From NCBI GenBank assembly GCA_028868305.1, contig JAGWUS010000005.1, positions 21,098 to 85,097 on the forward strand: DNA of 64,000 bases, in the 5' to 3' direction. The notes beneath the pieces are model-generated. The model saw only the letters and a program-made list of their open reading frames with translations. It made no database searches and was not told the DNA's origin. Below are positions 62,634 to 64,000 of the stretch, in pieces; the first letter of the stretch is position 1; every line of letters begins with the position of its first letter. This DNA is from Burkholderiales bacterium. GTDB taxonomy: Bacteria; Pseudomonadota; Gammaproteobacteria; Burkholderiales; Burkholderiaceae_C. Both the position numbers and the translations under genes were made by a program.

Positions 62634-63403
62634 AACCGGTGAATCTGACTCCCACGTTCCCAAGCTCCTCCGCCAAGGCAGACCGCCGGGGTTTTCTGGG
62701 GGTGGCTGCGGCCGGCCTGGCCGGCATCCTGCTGGCGCCCGGTGTGCGCCTGATCGAGATTGCCCAGGCCGCTCCCGGCCAGGCAACGGCCGGCGCCAGT
62801 GCCAAGGTGCGCTGGGGCATGCTGATCGACAGCACGAAATGCGCCAGCGGCTGCACCGACTGTGTCACCGCCTGCAACACCGAAAACGGCTTGTCCGGCG
62901 GCACCAAATCGACGGACTCGCAGTGGATCCGCAAGATTGAGATCAAGGAAATCCGGACCGGCAAGACGCAGTCGCTGCCCATGATGTGCCAGCACTGCGC
63001 CGAGCCGCCGTGTGTGGATGTGTGCCCGACTGGCGCATCCTTCAAGCGCGCCGATGGCATCGTGCTGGTGGACAAGCACATCTGCATCGGCTGCCGCTAC
63101 TGCGTGATGGCCTGCCCCTACAAGGCGCGCTCCTTCGTGCATGAACCCCTGTCCAACCAGAAGCCCGATGTCCCACGCGGCATGGGCACGGTGGAAGGTT
63201 GCACGATGTGCGTACACAAGGTCGATCGCGGCGAACAGCCGGCCTGTGTACAGGCCTGTAGCGCGGCAGGTCATGGCGCCATTGTCTTCGGTGACCTGAA
63301 TGATCCCAATAGCGAAATCTCCAAACGGGTGGCCAGCTACGCGACCCGCCAGGTGCGCGAGGACCTGAACCTCAACACTGGCGTACGCTACATCGGAATC
63401 TGA
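62630..63403 (+). CDS. dsrO: DsrO, Tat-exported 4x[4Fe-4S] ferredoxin subunit
   Basis: Twin-arginine signal (DRRGFLGVAAAGLAG) and four Cys clusters (CTDCVTAC, CQHCAEPPCVDVCP, CIGCRYCVMACP, CTMC...CVQAC). The ATG overlaps the dsrJ stop (ATGA). Confidence 0.85.
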   Translation: MKPVNLTPTFPSSSAKADRRGFLGVAAAGLAGILLAPGVRLIEIAQAAPGQATAGASAKVRWGMLIDSTKCASGCTDCVTACNTENGLSGGTKSTDSQWIRKIEIKEIRTGKTQSLPMMCQHCAEPPCVDVCPTGASFKRADGIVLVDKHICIGCRYCVMACPYKARSFVHEPLSNQKPDVPRGMGTVEGCTMCVHKVDRGEQPACVQACSAAGHGAIVFGDLNDPNSEISKRVASYATRQVREDLNLNTGVRYIGI

Positions 63404-63405
63404 AA

Positions 63406-64000
63406 ATGAAGATCACGTTGCGCCAATTGAAAGGCCGAAGCGCCGGTTACTACGGACTGCTCGGTACCTTGGCTTTGATCACCGGCATCGGTCTGGCGGC
63501 CGCCTGGTACATGGAGCACCATGGCCACATCGTGACCGGCATGAATAACCAGATCGTCTGGGGCCTGCCACATGTGTTTGCGGTGTTCCTGGTGGTGGCG
63601 GCTTCGGGCGCTCTAAATGTGGCTTCAATGGCCTCGGTCTTCGGCAAGAAAGTTTACAAACCGCTGGCGCCGCTGTCGGGCCTGCTGGCGATGGCGCTGC
63701 TGGTCAGCGGCCTGGCCGTGCTGATGCTTGACTTGGGCCGGCCTGACCGGCTCATCGTCGCGATGACACACTACAACTTCAAGTCGGTCTTCGCCTGGAA
63801 CGTGATCCTGTACTCGGGTTTCATGGGACTGGTCGTCACCTATCTGTGGACCATGATGGAGCGGCGCATGAATCCCTGGTCCAGCTACGCCGGATTGGCA
63901 GCCTTCGTCTGGCGTCTGCTGCTGACCACCGGCACCGGTTCGATCTTCGGCTTCCTCATCGGTCGTCAGGCCTTCGGCTCAGCCCTGATGGGCCCCATGT
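63406..64000 (+). CDS. dsrP: DsrP, NrfD/PsrC-like integral membrane subunit (truncated by the window end)
   Basis: The ATG at 63406 lies 3 nt after the dsrO stop. Translation reads MKITLRQLKGRSAGYYGLLGTLALITGIGLAAAWYMEHHGH..., with successive TM helices. The frame is open to position 64000. Confidence 0.8.
   Translation, partial: MKITLRQLKGRSAGYYGLLGTLALITGIGLAAAWYMEHHGHIVTGMNNQIVWGLPHVFAVFLVVAASGALNVASMASVFGKKVYKPLAPLSGLLAMALLVSGLAVLMLDLGRPDRLIVAMTHYNFKSVFAWNVILYSGFMGLVVTYLWTMMERRMNPWSSYAGLAAFVWRLLLTTGTGSIFGFLIGRQAFGSALMGPM

Overview
High-GC (about 60% by eye) proteobacterial chromosome segment; gene order and protein signatures look betaproteobacterial, from a sulfur oxidiser. I found no rRNA, tRNA, CRISPR array, transposase or integrase. 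(1) 1-32 kb is a conserved, almost entirely minus-strand housekeeping backbone: purA (runs off the window), hisZ, yjeT-like, hflC, hflK, hflX, hfq, der, bamB, yfgM-like, hisS, ispG, rodZ-like, pilF, rlmN, ndk, rluB-scpB, rluD divergent from bamD, a DinG-family helicase, a PP2C phosphatase, zapE-lpd-sucB-sucA and prpE. (2) 32-48 kb is accessory. It holds an ECF sigma / anti-sigma / lipoprotein module, an isochorismatase-family gene, and a TetR gene separated from an NlpC/P60 peptidase by a 236-bp, 31% GC island. It also holds a DEAD-box helicase and a lipid-related cluster: a three-part acyl-ACP-reductase-like fusion with a histone-H1-like tail, an Fe-alcohol dehydrogenase with a basic tail, two crotonase-fold genes, a FadH-NTF2 fusion, PadR with duplicated operators, DUF2889 and an MFS transporter. 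(3) 48-53.6 kb contains a decayed EAL-domain gene followed by an unusual eight-gene minus-strand block divergent from dsrA. The block has a small ORF, an orphan Cas6-like protein carrying a textbook glycine-rich loop, and a cysteine-less DsrC paralogue. These are followed by a 202-aa unknown, a TauD-fold protein start/stop-coupled to an HTH-[2Fe-2S]-FNR protein, a stand-alone S24 peptidase domain and another small ORF. This block is my best candidate for an undescribed system. (4) 53.8-64 kb is an oxidative-type dsrABEFHCMKLJOP cluster, with dsrP truncated by the window end. Many long ORFs in the supplied track are antisense shadows of real genes. Several track starts were moved to internal ATG/GTG codons that have Shine-Dalgarno support.
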